A DNA stretch of 63,949 nt, the filler included, from Licmophora abbreviata (Eukaryota): the NCBI GenBank assembly GCA_900291995.1. It is 10 parts of 10 records of this genome, joined end to end, with 100 filler letters (N's around TTAATTAATTAA, not from the genome) between each part and the next. Parts side by side here need not be neighbours in the genome. Positions count along the whole stretch, not along the records: positions 30,289 to 37,051 come from OLMU01004044.1; positions 37,152 to 42,825 come from OLMU01004045.1; positions 42,926 to 45,345 come from OLMU01004046.1; positions 45,446 to 54,365 come from OLMU01004047.1; 6 more parts are not named here. One strand, written 5' to 3'. Made by a program: the position numbers and the translations under genes. Below are positions 36,379-48,311 of the stretch, piece after piece. Each line of letters starts with the position of its first letter. The stretch's first letter is position 1. The notes below the pieces were generated by a model. That model saw only the letters and a list, made by a program, of their open reading frames with translations. It was not told the DNA's origin and ran no database searches.

Positions 36379-36857
36379 AGGGTCTCGTCGATTTCTCAAT
36401 TTGTTTTATCTTTCAGTTTTTGTTTTGTCTGTTAGAACCTCTTTTCACAAGAATTGTGAATAACCTATCCACTCCGTAGTCAATCTTTACTAATTCACAG
36501 GATGAGAAGAGGCAGTCATCAGTCACAGCTATGGTCAGAGACGAGAGAGATGCAGCTTTGTCTTCAATTTTTTTCCACAGCGCCATGTTCCAAGTTGATG
36601 CGAGCTCCATTCGAGCTTTCTTTGGGTGTCATTGACATTTTTTCTCACAGTTTGGAAATCTGGAATCGAATTTGGATCGAAAGAAAAGTCATTCATCCCT
36701 CTCCGTTTGACATGCAACGCTGCCGCGACTATCCTACACCTCCGTCGGCAGAAATCAGCAGTCACACGAGGGGTGTAGCTGCTGAGATACTCTTGACGAG
36801 AACCTTCTTATTGTTACATTGAATTATTTGGAGCAGTACGACGACAGAAACGCAAGA

Positions 36858-37914
36858 ATGAGCAACAGCGTCTACAAGTATGACTTTTCACATGCGAACA
36901 CTGACGATGACGATGGTATCGATGAGTACCGGGACAACGATCGGCGGCGATCTTCCTCGCTGCCATTAGGTCGTCACGACGCGGACGAACCATATCGTCG
37001 CTGGCAGGATGTTGTCAGCAGTACAGACGACCCAGAAATTATCAGCAACGANNNNNNNNNNNNNNNNNNNNNNNNNNNNNNNNNNNNNNNNNNNNTTAAT
37101 TAATTAANNNNNNNNNNNNNNNNNNNNNNNNNNNNNNNNNNNNNNNNNNNNCGATGAGTCTTCCTCATCATCGTCACAACAACTACTACGGCCGTGTAGG
37201 ATCTGCTATCAATACGTTGGACATTCCGTTCTCTCACTGTGGATCCTGATTCGTCCTAGGGGACGCATGACGATGGAGCGGATCGAAAATAGTTCTCGTC
37301 GCTATCAAACAACCGAGACTGACCTACTCAAGAGGCTTTTCGTGAAATTACGTACGTTTTTATTCTTCTCGTTGTGCATATCGCTCTTCTTTTGGGTGTG
37401 GGCCGTTCAAAATACACTGCAAATGCAGCGAGGTCAAGACTTGGGCATGTACTCGTTCGCGAGTGTGATTCTTACTTCCTTGTGGGTGCTGGGAAGGTCA
37501 TATCGGGGTCCATCGCCCCCGGTGATGATCAATGCACAACAACGTCCGCAGCACGGGGGTCTTTCATCATCAGCAAGCAAACGGCATTATACTACGGTCG
37601 CAACTCTACCAATACGTATATGCGTAACGGCATCACACCTCCTGGTCTGTTTCAATTACATGTTGGGAATTTTGTTTGCCCTCACCGTGGGGGAGAGCGC
37701 GTACAGGTGGTTTGCTACCTATTGCGTCATCTTTACCATGTTGTGGGGATACGTTTCCTTTCATGGGTGTCAAGTCTTGTCACGAGTGAACAAGGCCGAA
37801 CAAGAGTATGTAAAAGAGGAGGAGGAGTATCTGATGTACGGCCATGGTGATGATGGGAACAACAATGGCGATGCCACAGATGACTATTTATTGGAGGCGG
37901 CGTTGGCGAGATGA
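36858..37914 (+). CDS. Hypothetical multi-pass membrane protein (spans N gap)
   Basis: Acidic N-terminal ORF before the gap and a 215-aa ORF with about 4 hydrophobic segments after it. Confidence 0.55.
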
Positions 37915-37973
37915 CGATGATGACGTGCATGATACCATGACTATCTAATAGCTAGACATGGGGTTCACGCCGG

Positions 37974-38516
37974 TTACCTGCCCTTGAGCTTGTTCGGCTT
38001 TACGGGCTTCATTACTAGAATGTTGCTATTGGTCGCACAAATGTAGAGTAGCCACATGGGAAAGACAAGATATGGGAGGTAGAAACCCATCAACACTGCC
38101 TTTTCTTGGAATGTATTTTCATCGTTCCAGGCTGTACATGCCAAAATCGGAACTAAGGTCGTACAGGCATGACTCCCATACACCAAACAGGCCGTTCGGA
38201 ACCATCCCGATCCTGCAGTACTATTGGTAGCAGCGGACCGCTCATGAGAATTAGAGAGCACCACGACCGCAGTCACAAAAAATGGCACTTGCAGTAAGAC
38301 TTCGCAAACGACCAAAGCTTGAAACGAGGTATCAAAGGGTGCCGCCATGAGCATATCGTGAAACTGGGAGGAGTAAAAGGGAAGTAGTTCACGCATCATG
38401 CTCGGAATCATGAATGCAGGAAAGACGGTCTGGCCGTTCATCAAAAGTGTAATGGGAATGTGCGAAGCAAAGAAGATAAGAAAGGCTAGACGCGTAGTAC
38501 CAGTCAAGGAAGACAT
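37974..38516 (-). CDS. EXPERA/TMEM97 (sigma-2 receptor-like) protein, paralog A
   Basis: FFASHIPITLL, CEVLLQVPFF, YGSHACTTLVPIL, YLPYLVFP and a basic KK-like C-terminus. Confidence 0.85.
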   Translation of the reverse strand: MSSLTGTTRLAFLIFFASHIPITLLMNGQTVFPAFMIPSMMRELLPFYSSQFHDMLMAAPFDTSFQALVVCEVLLQVPFFVTAVVVLSNSHERSAATNSTAGSGWFRTACLVYGSHACTTLVPILACTAWNDENTFQEKAVLMGFYLPYLVFPMWLLYICATNSNILVMKPVKPNKLKGR

Positions 38517-38933
38517 GATGCACGAGGAGAAGACGAGTGAGCAACAGCAATAAGAGCAGCAACAAACTTAGGGTGAGAGAGATGCAAGACAAACACATTT
38601 TGTCATGCGTTCCAGGGAAACATGACGAGTTAGTTAATTTGGATTTGATTTTTGTATTGAAATTTGGATCTTTTGTATGACCCGGAAAAGATACCCTCCT
38701 TGGAACTCAAAATAAGTCTCACCCCATACGGAAAAGGAGCTCTAGCAATAACTCGTGACTCGACTTGTCCGCGTTGATTCCCCCGGGAGTAGACTGTGTT
38801 TGAGTTGGGGCTCGTACACGAGCATACGCGTAAAAGCTTAAGGAGTGGGGTAGGTATTACTATCACAGTAACTCTTCCTTGTAATGGCTTACAAGTATTC
38901 TGCGTTTAGGACTAGGGAGCAAGCGAGCCTAAT

Positions 38934-39471
38934 TCAACCAATCTTGGGTTTCCTGGTGGTTCCTGCAGTCGGTGCTGGCGGTTCCGATGCCAACACCACG
39001 AGCCACACCGGAAGGAGCAGATATGGAAGGTACATTGCGACGCCGGACAGTATCTGCACCATGGGTGCGCTGGAATCTTCACCACGAAACAAGAGCCGCC
39101 CTAGAATGGGGACTAACGTTGTGGCTGTATGGGAGCCATATATCAGGGAGGCGGTCCGAAACCACTCCGGGTAATGCCCACGGTGTTCTTGCATGTCGTT
39201 AGTAGTCGTTATGACGTACAGTGCCACAAAAAAGTACGGAACCTGTAAAAAGACTTCACAAGCAATGAGTGACTTTAGCCACAGTGCGAACGGTCGAGTC
39301 ATCACATTATCATGATTACGCGGCAACATGCCAGTCCAACAAATCTTTCAGGGCGTCTGTATACCACGATTCTGGAAACAACGCTTGGCCATCAATGAGC
39401 AATGTAATGGGAATGTGGGATGCGAAAAAGAGTAAAAAAGCTGTTCGTGTGGCGCCTTGGAAGCGTTTCAT
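38934..39471 (-). CDS. EXPERA/TMEM97 protein, paralog B; apparent +1 frameshift near 39322
   Basis: FFASHIPITLLIDGQ in one frame, then CEVFLQVPYF, YGSHTATTLVPIL and YLPYLLLP in the adjacent frame. Confidence 0.8.
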
Positions 39472-39710
39472 ACTAGAGGGTAGATGGACAACAACGTGAT
39501 TACAGACACGCTGAGTGACCAGAGAGCAAGAGGCAAGAGAGTGTGCCGCTTCTGCTTTTTGCTCATGGTGAAGACATATTTGGGGTTGACTCCTTTGACT
39601 CAAACTCTTACGTCAGTCCCAAAATCGGGCTCTCTTTCGCGAAAGCGCGCGATACCATGGGATGTGGTCACAACGTTCGTCTCTGCTGCCACTCCAACAT
39701 ACTCGACACT

Positions 39711-40403
39711 ATGTTCTCCATTGTGAAATCCACTCTGCAGCGCAGCGGACAGCTGAGCAGCAGTGCTGCTACTAGAAGTCTCTCGAATGCCGGTGAAAAG
39801 ATCTGGAATGTTTATCTTTCCGGTGCGTGATGTGTGCTTGTTTTTATTTGAAACTGTGATGGGCGCAAGACTCGCTTGTCTCACTCTGCTTCTCCCTACT
39901 TTCTAGGCGAGATTCATTCAAACTGGAGAGAAGTGATTGCAGAGGGGGTCAAGGAAAAAAATCTCCCTGTCGTCCTCACTTCTCCCAATACATCCCATGA
40001 AGACAGCGACGACTGCGGAGCCATAATCTTGGGAATGGAAGAGAAACGACCCAATTGGGACAAGATTGGAGCCCGCATGAATGGGATTCGAACGCAGACG
40101 CTATTGGAGCAGAGCGATGTAGTTGTCGTACGGTTTGGAGACCGCTATCGCCAATGGAACGCAAGTTTCGATGCGGGCTATGCCGCGGCGCTCAAGAAGC
40201 CAATCATCACCTTGCATCCTCCCGAGATTTCGCACATGTTGAAGGAGGTCAATGCAAGTGCCAATGTAGTATGCGAGGATGCCTCACAGGTAGTGGACAC
40301 ACTGGCGTATGTGATTCGTGGGGAGCTACCGGAGACACCGCGGGATGGTGCGGACTACGTCCCGATTGCGGATCGACTTGGAAAGGGAAATCCGAATCCG
40401 TGA
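39711..40403 (+). CDS. ytoQ: YtoQ family (nucleoside 2-deoxyribosyltransferase-like) protein with mitochondrial-like presequence; intron 39823-39906
   Basis: Spliced sequence reads VYLSG|EIHSNWRE, HEDSDDCG..ILG, DVVVVRFGDRYRQWNASFDAGYAAAL.KP, LKEV. N-terminus MFSIVKSTLQRSGQLSSSAATRSLS has no acidic residues. Confidence 0.85.
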
Positions 40404-40627
40404 AGGGGGGCTGGTTGGTCATGCCGACGGTATTGGAAATCAGGAGGCGTCTCGCGTGTCCCCAATAGAGAATAGGGCGGACAAGACTACTGTAGTGCAC
40501 AGCGGTAGATGCAACGCTGAACGCCCTCTTTCTATCATTGTATTGACAGCGACTAAACATTTCGACCTATCGGACGAGGACATGTGTCTTTCCCGTTTTG
40601 GTTCCCACCCTATCGTGTAGCTTCTAT

Positions 40628-42100
40628 TTACTCTTTGGTGATGCCCCCGACTTCATCTTCCTGCAGATACTCTCGCCACAACATATCTTCCATCCACTCA
40701 CTCAAAAAGTCCATTCCCATCCAGTGCAAGGCTTCCAGCTCAACCTTGAAGCCTTGCTGCTGCATGAGCTGTAGTTCTTGTTGAATGTATGTATCGTGCT
40801 GATGAAATGCGTGGGGAGACTGATCCGAAATGAGTTTCCGCAGCCTGGTCTTGTCGTGCTCTGTGAGGGCCTGTAGAACATCGGAGGGAAGATCGTCAAG
40901 GAACTCTTGCACGTGTGATGGCATCAATCCGATCCATTCGATCGGAACGCTGTAGCGAAGGCCGCCGTCCACGCCGAGTTTTGAACTACCCTTCGCGTAG
41001 GTCTGCAGTACTTGCAGTCCATATGGATTGCAGTCGCATAGACCAAAGACGGGAAGATGAGGGAATTCGACATAGAGCTGGTGCACCAGGGATCTCGTTG
41101 CCAGATCCGGAATGCCCTTGCCACATACCAGAATGCATGGAAGTGCATCGAAGAAGCGATCTTCGGATAGTCTCGTGTAGATGCCTTCCTTCTCAATGAC
41201 CAGGATGCATCGTGCGGTCGTACGGAGCTGGATACGATCGCCGATGGTATCTGTAGTACTTGCTGCGTTGCTGCGATCGATCCACTCCCGTGTGATGGGA
41301 AGACCTTGGACCGTGGACAAGGAGCTGGCATCGACTACGGTGCCGTTGGGGTGCAGAATCTCGAGGCTTCCGCAGAACCAGCCTGTAAAGAGCAGATACG
41401 ACTTAGTGACAAGGCTGTTCGCAAAAAGATGCACATCACTGTATTCACACGGACCTTTTGGAGACGCCGTCAATCCTAGCTGGATCCGAGGCACCTGTAG
41501 CAGCGCTGCAGCCTGGTGAATGGCCGCATCGCACTCCCGTTGGTGACGAAAGTGTGTGACGAAGCTATAGTAGACTTCTCGAGTCGAGGTCGTTCGATTC
41601 GAGAGTAGAAGAGAGTGACAGAAACTCAAGACGAGCAAGACGCTGGTGAATCCTCGACACTGAGCCATGTTCTGGAAGCGCTTCGTCAAAGTAGAGGCGG
41701 CGACAGCGTCGTCGTCGTTGTCAAACTCACGAGAGCTCAGAACGGGAGCTTCACCGTCGTCAAGCGATTCGAGAATGCACGCGATCATGTGCTCAATGCG
41801 TTCAATCACGTCGTCGCAAGACGAGAGCTGCGGTGGTGGCGGCGGAAGATGCTGCCAGTGTGATGGCGACAGCTCGTCGTCGTCACGTCGTTGATGGTGT
41901 TCTCGTGGAGACACCACCCCATAGCGCGACCTCTGGCTTTCACTATTCATTTGATATGATCTGAACGCTGACATGAAGGCAAGGAGCGTAGCAGAGAGAG
42001 TCGGGACGATGCGAGGGCCGGTTTCACGACTGTGTGCTCGATGGTCTGGTGTCGAATGGCGATGAGCGATCCTTTTTCTCTTGTCATTGGTCGCGGTCAT
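40628..42100 (-). CDS. SPO11: Meiotic SPO11 (SPO11-2-like); in-frame 72-nt intron 41383-41454; start tentative
   Basis: TREVYY catalytic Tyr, ASPKG|WFCG, TOPRIM VIEKE, GKGIPDLATR, DCNPYG (DxN, as in SPO11-2), KVELEAL. Confidence 0.92.
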   Translation of the reverse strand: MTATNDKRKRIAHRHSTPDHRAHSRETGPRIVPTLSATLLAFMSAFRSYQMNSESQRSRYGVVSPREHHQRRDDDELSPSHWQHLPPPPPQLSSCDDVIERIEHMIACILESLDDGEAPVLSSREFDNDDDAVAASTLTKRFQNMAQCRGFTSVLLVLSFCHSLLLSNRTTSTREVYYSFVTHFRHQRECDAAIHQAAALLQVPRIQLGLTASPKGPCEYSDVHLFANSLVTKSYLLFTGWFCGSLEILHPNGTVVDASSLSTVQGLPITREWIDRSNAASTTDTIGDRIQLRTTARCILVIEKEGIYTRLSEDRFFDALPCILVCGKGIPDLATRSLVHQLYVEFPHLPVFGLCDCNPYGLQVLQTYAKGSSKLGVDGGLRYSVPIEWIGLMPSHVQEFLDDLPSDVLQALTEHDKTRLRKLISDQSPHAFHQHDTYIQQELQLMQQQGFKVELEALHWMGMDFLSEWMEDMLWREYLQEDEVGGITKE

Positions 42101-42574
42101 TGCTCTGAGGCCATAAGTAGGTTGACAAGTACACCTCTACGTACGATCTACACAAATTCTACGGTTCACGAATGAGACCCCATCTACTTAATAGAGATGC
42201 CATCTGTTATTATCAATTTTGGCGCCAAGTCCATAAAGCGCAAGATTGAAAGGGAAGTTTCGACTCGTTTGTCGTCGGAGTTGCAAGTACGTTGAGTGCT
42301 CACACCTGTAAAGAGAGTAGCTCATAAGTAGAAATACACGGATTTCGTGACATGCACTTCGTGATCGTCGATTGAAGGCCGTCCGTTGTCTTTGATGCAT
42401 TCGTATCGAAACTGTCAATCTCTATTCAAGCGGTCTGACACAGAGACCCCTCAGTCTTCAAGTCTTTCCTCAAGTCCTCTTTCCTAGTCTTCCGATCTGC
42501 AGTGGTGAGTAAAAGCTCGGGTAGCTTTCGTATACTCACACGTAGGCTTGTACGTAAGACTCAGTCTTTGAATC

Positions 42575-43619
42575 ATGTCGCACCTCACACTTCATCTTGA
42601 CAGCAGTCTCCCTCAGCGACAATCTGATACGAATCGAGAGACTGATTCTATGCGGTCAGAGTACCCAAGGATCGACGATGCTGGTGAAACTCCCATGCTG
42701 TGCATCGGAGGGCATTTCCAGCTGACCGAGCGCGATATACAGTGCGTTCGCATCCACTTGGCACCACCCGAGCGCCCGCGCAATGTCGCTCCCAACATCA
42801 ACGACGACGACGACGACGACGACGANNNNNNNNNNNNNNNNNNNNNNNNNNNNNNNNNNNNNNNNNNNNTTAATTAATTAANNNNNNNNNNNNNNNNNNN
42901 NNNNNNNNNNNNNNNNNNNNNNNNNCGTCTCTAGGAGTTCTTATCGAGACATTGATACGGCTTGTAGAAGCTAATGACGTCAACGTTGAGATGCCACTCG
43001 CATTTAACTTGACATGCGGCAAGAGTCACACGACACACCTACACCAGCTCATGCATCAGCATTCTGCCCAACCGGATTTCGTTCATCTTCTGGAACGACA
43101 GATCCATGCGAGATTGCTCAACATCGGTACTCATAGTGAGTCGTTGTCAACTCGATTGATACCAGAGCGACTGATTCTCCGCAACTCCACCAGCCCTTCC
43201 AGTCATGTTGTTGCCGCGACAACGGTTTGCTCTCGACGAACCGCGCGTTTGCATCACCAGGCAGCGCTGGGATTGGGACGGTTCTAGTCTCGCTGTCGTC
43301 CTTTCATGAAGGAGGGGACGTGAGTATCACCCCTAATCGTGGTGACGTTGGTGCTGTCACCGTTTCGTTTGGGCCGTTGTCCTCTTTGCCCTTGCTCCAG
43401 TGGGTGGCGTTCTTCAACGATGCTTGCTCTGTACAACTTGAGCCTGTCGAAGCCGGTGTTCAAGCGTTGCTAGTGTTTCGAATTGAACTTGTGCATCGAA
43501 GCTCATCATTCCGGCAGCCATGGCAGAACTACCCGGCACATTATCGACATTGGGCGGGAGTCGAGCGGTGGGCAGAGTCGTTCAATGTCGCCAATCCCAA
43601 TGAAGCGATGGGTGCCTAA
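42575..43619 (+). CDS. Degenerate 2OG-Fe(II) oxygenase-like protein (gap and frameshift near 43240; possible pseudogene)
   Basis: GTVLVSLSSFHEGG...WVAFFND..VQLEPVEAGVQALLVFRI resembles the 'GTLVV.LPS.HEGG...AFY.D..HEV.PV..G.R..L.Y' family pattern, but the metal His and 2OG Arg appear absent. Confidence 0.4.
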
Positions 43620-43723
43620 GAGACTTCAACGAAGCAGATATAACGCCCGGAGTGGTAACCCTCTAAAATAGATGTTCGACGAGCATATTGCACTGCTACT
43701 TTAAGTACCTTCGATATTCTTCT

Positions 43724-45835
43724 TTAGTCAGCACTTGCCATCTCGTATCGGTAGCTGAACCTAGCGTCATCGCTAATCAGAAATCCGACTTGCTCGACCA
43801 GCCAATCAATCTGGTTGTCATCGCATTCGACTGGACCATCCCATCCTTTGGTGTTCAAGGAGGCGCGTTTCTTGGAATGCAGCAAGTCGATCTCATAGCT
43901 CTCGAGCCAAATTTCAAACACATTGTCGTCGTCACGCGCGTGGGCAATCACCCGTGTTTCGACGTGCACCTTCTTGCCAAAATTCTTCGCCATACGGGAG
44001 GTGATCTTTTCCGCAACTTCCAAGTCGGCATCGTCGCCGGTACATGCCACAACCAGGTGGCCTCGAAACTCTCTCTCAAATTCTTCATCCTTGACAACTT
44101 CGTACTTAAAGTCACGTCCCATAAATTCCTTGTACTCACGTTCGTCAGCGTCGTCTCCCATCTCCTCATCCCACTCTGCCAAGTCCTGTTTCACGTCGTC
44201 GTATGCCGGCAGATCAGGGTGTTGGGGCGGCACAAAATACTTGCTGAAAACATTGTCTTCATCACGCAAGTCGTTATCGTCGAAATCTTTGCGGTCCCAT
44301 TCGGGATTGTACACTTCAGTCATCCAGTTCTCAAAGGCTGCCATTTTGATTTCTTCTTCGTCTAGGTCTTCCAGTGAAATGATTCCCGTTTCGCCTGGTA
44401 GCTTTGTTGGAATTTCATCGTACCCAAAGCCCGCATAGTAACGCTCCAGCTCTGACACATCCGCACTCTCCACGTCATGCCACGTGAAGTCGAAGTTCCG
44501 ATCCCGCGTATATTGGTATCGACTATATGTCAACAGTTGGGGATACCAGTGTTGAAAGAGAATCGGGGCAGCTTTGTTGTGTTTGACGGCCGATAAGATG
44601 AGATTTGTGACATTAAAGTCCAAATCGTACAACAACCACCGCGTCACATTGTATGCACTGCCTCCGATCTCTTCCAAGCAGTCATCCATCTCTTGCAGCG
44701 TTTCATTGCTGACGTGATCCCACGCATCAGACATTTCGTTCTTCGCCATGACTCGATCCCACGGTTCCATGTGCTGGACGTCTTGCGTCTTCTTCCAGGC
44801 ATTCTGAAGTTCCACCATGTCCTTGTCGGTAATGGCAATATCTTGTTCTAACAAATTTTCCTCTTCCTCATCGTCGTCACCATCATGGACAGGGTATGGA
44901 TCTTCCATAATGTCGTCCACTTGCCTCACGTCCCGCTCCAGATTCGTCCAGTCCACATCCTCTTCGACAAGTTGCATATTCTTTGTGATTTCTTCCACTT
45001 GCTTGGAAATTGGCAAGTCATCCAACTCTTTCATTTCCTCCTCAGTCAATTCTCCATCCAAAATATGTTGAACAGCATCAAAGGCTTCCTCCGCCTGTTG
45101 TTGTTGTCGCGCCGCAACACTGGCCTCGACGAGTTCCCGCTGCTTGGTATAGTTCGGATCACTCCCATCGTCTTGCAATTCATAAAACCTCCCATCCTCT
45201 TCTTCGTCCCATTCGTCTTCTTCTTCTTGTTGTTGTTGTTTCTCACTCGTGTTGTAGCTTTCATAGTCGGCTTCCGTTTCCTCATCTTGATAGTCGCCAT
45301 CTTGATAGTCGTCGTCGTCGTCGTCGTCTTCCACAGTGAATTCTGNNNNNNNNNNNNNNNNNNNNNNNNNNNNNNNNNNNNNNNNNNNNTTAATTAATTA
45401 ANNNNNNNNNNNNNNNNNNNNNNNNNNNNNNNNNNNNNNNNNNNNTCCATCTTGATAGTCGTCGTCGTCGTCGTCGTCTTCCACAGTGAATTCTGACGTT
45501 TCCGAGACGATATCTTCTTCCATCAAGACTTCTTCTTCTTGCACTGCTTCTTCAGTCTCATCCTTCAAGCTTGCCGTCTCTTCCTCCTCCTCGGAATTCA
45601 TAAAGAACATCATGGCATCCTCGTCGTCATCGTCATTCTCTTTGGCAGACAAACGCCGTGCGACCCCGAACAGACCTCGTCGCATCGTCAAAGGAGTACT
45701 ACGATCAGAAACACGAAAGGGCAGTGACGATAACGAAGATGGTCCTCTTGAGGAGAAAGCTGAGAATCCTTGCACAAGGCTGTTGTGGTTGCAGAGACAT
45801 GATACTGCCAGGAGAAGAACAGCAGTGGTTGACAT
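43724..45835 (-). CDS. Very acidic plastid-targeted protein of unknown function (split by an overlapping gap)
   Basis: Signal peptide + VQG|FSAF + S/R-rich transit peptide, and a 536-aa D/E-rich ORF. 45297-45345 is duplicated at 45447-45495, so the contigs overlap and the frame is continuous. Confidence 0.75.
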
Positions 45836-46402
45836 CGTGGTGATGGCTGTTCTTCTTCGTCTTCTTGCTCTTGAGCGAGGATTCGTCGTCGTCGTCATGG
45901 TCAATCCAGGAAATCTGGCGTTTTTGAAGTCGCAATGCGATGACTTATCTTCGTTTCCAAGGAAGGCTCGTCGCATCGGCGTTTCGCACACACAATCCAT
46001 CCATCCATCCAACATCATCACCCCCCTTGAATTCAGCAACCGAAAGCATCTTTTTCAATTCCACGGCCCAGAATTATTGGGTTATGAGCGCTTTTCAAAG
46101 ATCGCGACGTTTACGCTCGAGCGCCTGAAACCGCATTCTGTTCGCCGACTTACTGAGTTTGTGTGAAGAGTACCGCTAGATTTAGATTGGAATTTGGGAA
46201 ACCGTGGTGGCCACACAAAAAGGATTTTGATATCCCCCTTCCAATCTAGACGCGACAAGCGAAGACACAGCGACTTGTGTTGGGCATTGTAATCCATCGT
46301 CGTCTGTTGACTTGATACAACACCTCATCAGATTTCTCTAGGAGCAAGAGCGTCGGGTGATTTTAGTTTTTTGTTGAATTGAGTTCTCATTTGATTTTTA
46401 CG

Positions 46403-48055
46403 ATGAGTGGTACGTGAAACGTTCCAAAACAGTGTGCCTTCCAGCTTACCACTGATATTTCGTTCTCGTGTCTCACTGTTTCCTCTCGTCTCTTTGATTT
46501 GCACGTTCGTACCAATACCAATATTCACTATAACCATTACAGAATCTTCCAAGAAACGCAAGGTCGAGGATGGATCATCGTCCTCTACCAGCTTGATTGC
46601 ACCCTCCAAGAGTACGCCCAAACTCGACACGTCCCACTGGCCCCTCCTCCTCAAGAATTACCATCTCCTTCACGTTCGTACCTCCCACTTTACACCCCTC
46701 CCCTGTGGATCATCCCCTCTCGCACGTCCACTCGACTCCCACCTCAGCTATGGAGTTATCAATCTCGATAAACCTGCCAATCCTTCCTCTCACGAAGTAG
46801 TGTCCTGGATCAAGAGGATACTGCGCGTCGACAAGACGGGACACTCCGGCACATTGGACCCCAAAGTCACGGGGTGTTTGATTGTCTGTGTGGACAGGGC
46901 GACGCGCCTCGTCAAAGCCCAGCAGAGTGCAGGCAAGGAGTATGTCGGAGTCGTCAGGCTGCACGGGGTCTTGGACGAGCCGCGAAAGTTGCATCGTGCG
47001 GTCGAAACACTGCAGGGGGCGCTCTTTCAACGACCGCCGTTGATTTCGGCCGTCAAGAGGCAATTAAGGATTCGGACCATCTATGAAAGCAAGTTATTGG
47101 AGTTTGATGCGCAGCGGAATCTTGGCGTGGTGTGGGTCAAGTGTGAGGCGGGTACCTACATTCGGACGCTCTGTGTTCATTTGGGCTTGATTGTCGGAGT
47201 GGGTGGACATATGCAAGAGTTACGGCGGGTTCGAAGTGGAGTGTTGGGGGAGGACGATAACATGGTCACCATGCATGACGTACTGGATGCGCAGCATGTC
47301 TATGATACCACCAAGGATGAAACGTACCTTAGACGTGTTGTCATGCCTCTGGAAGTCCTCTTGACGAACTACAAGCGCATTGTGGTGAAAGATTCCGCTG
47401 TTAATGCCATTTGCTATGGCGCCAAACTCATGATTCCAGGACTACTTCGCTTCGCCGATGGCATTGAGCTAAACACGGAAGTCGTTTTGATGACTACCAA
47501 GGGTGAGGCTATTGCGGTGGGGATTGCGCAGATGACGACTGCCGTCCTGGCCACCTGCGACCATGGCGTCGTGGCAAAGATCAAGCGCGTCATTATGGAA
47601 CGCGATGTGTACCCTCGACGATGGGGACTCGGTCCCATGGCGCAGCGTAAGAAAGCGCTGATCCAAGGTGGCAAGCTCGACAAGCATGGAAAGCCGAATG
47701 CTAATACGCCGGCTGACTTTTTGGAGTCGTACAAGGACTATTCCAAGTCCGTGCCTCCGCAACTTCAGGGGAGTGGTGCCGCGGCCAAGGCCGTCGAGAG
47801 AGATTCGAATACTAGTATGGAAACAGCCTCTCCGGCCGTGGCGAGCGCCGAGAGCGGCGTGAAGCGAGAAGCCGATGGCAGCGCAGACGAGGCGCCCAGC
47901 AAGAAGAAGGATAAGAAAGACAAAAAGAAAAAGAAGGACAAGGTGCGTTGCTGACTGTGCCGCGTTCTGTGTATCTCCGGTATGATCAGTAGCTACGACG
48001 TCTCTCACTCTCTCTCTTTCGCTCACCGCAGAAAAAGAAGAAGGAGAAGGACTAG
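46403..48055 (+). CDS. CBF5: H/ACA RNP pseudouridine synthase dyskerin/Cbf5; introns 46410-46542 and 47943-48031
   Basis: [44 protein letters not shown] domain, YPRRWGLGP and a KKE/KKD tail. Confidence 0.98.
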
Positions 48056-48311
48056 CTACTAGAATCAGAGCAAATAAGGTCGGCGTTAACGTGAATGTGG
48101 GGGGAGATCTGGTAGTGTGCAAGGGATGTAGCAATGTGTCTGGATTCATTCAAACATTTGGGTAGCCAGCAGGTGCCATGTCAGAGTACGAAAGCGACGT
48201 ACGAGACCGAAGCTTAGTCTAACCGAGTTCAATTTCGCATTTCTTGCTATTTTGATTACTATATCCCTCAAGTCGATCACTTTACTCCACCAGCACTCGT
48301 CCTTCCTCCAT

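Noticed and set aside
45297..45495. ~49-nt direct repeat flanking a gap (possible TSD/LTR)
   Set aside because: Contig-end overlap at a (GTC)n tract; merging restores one reading frame.
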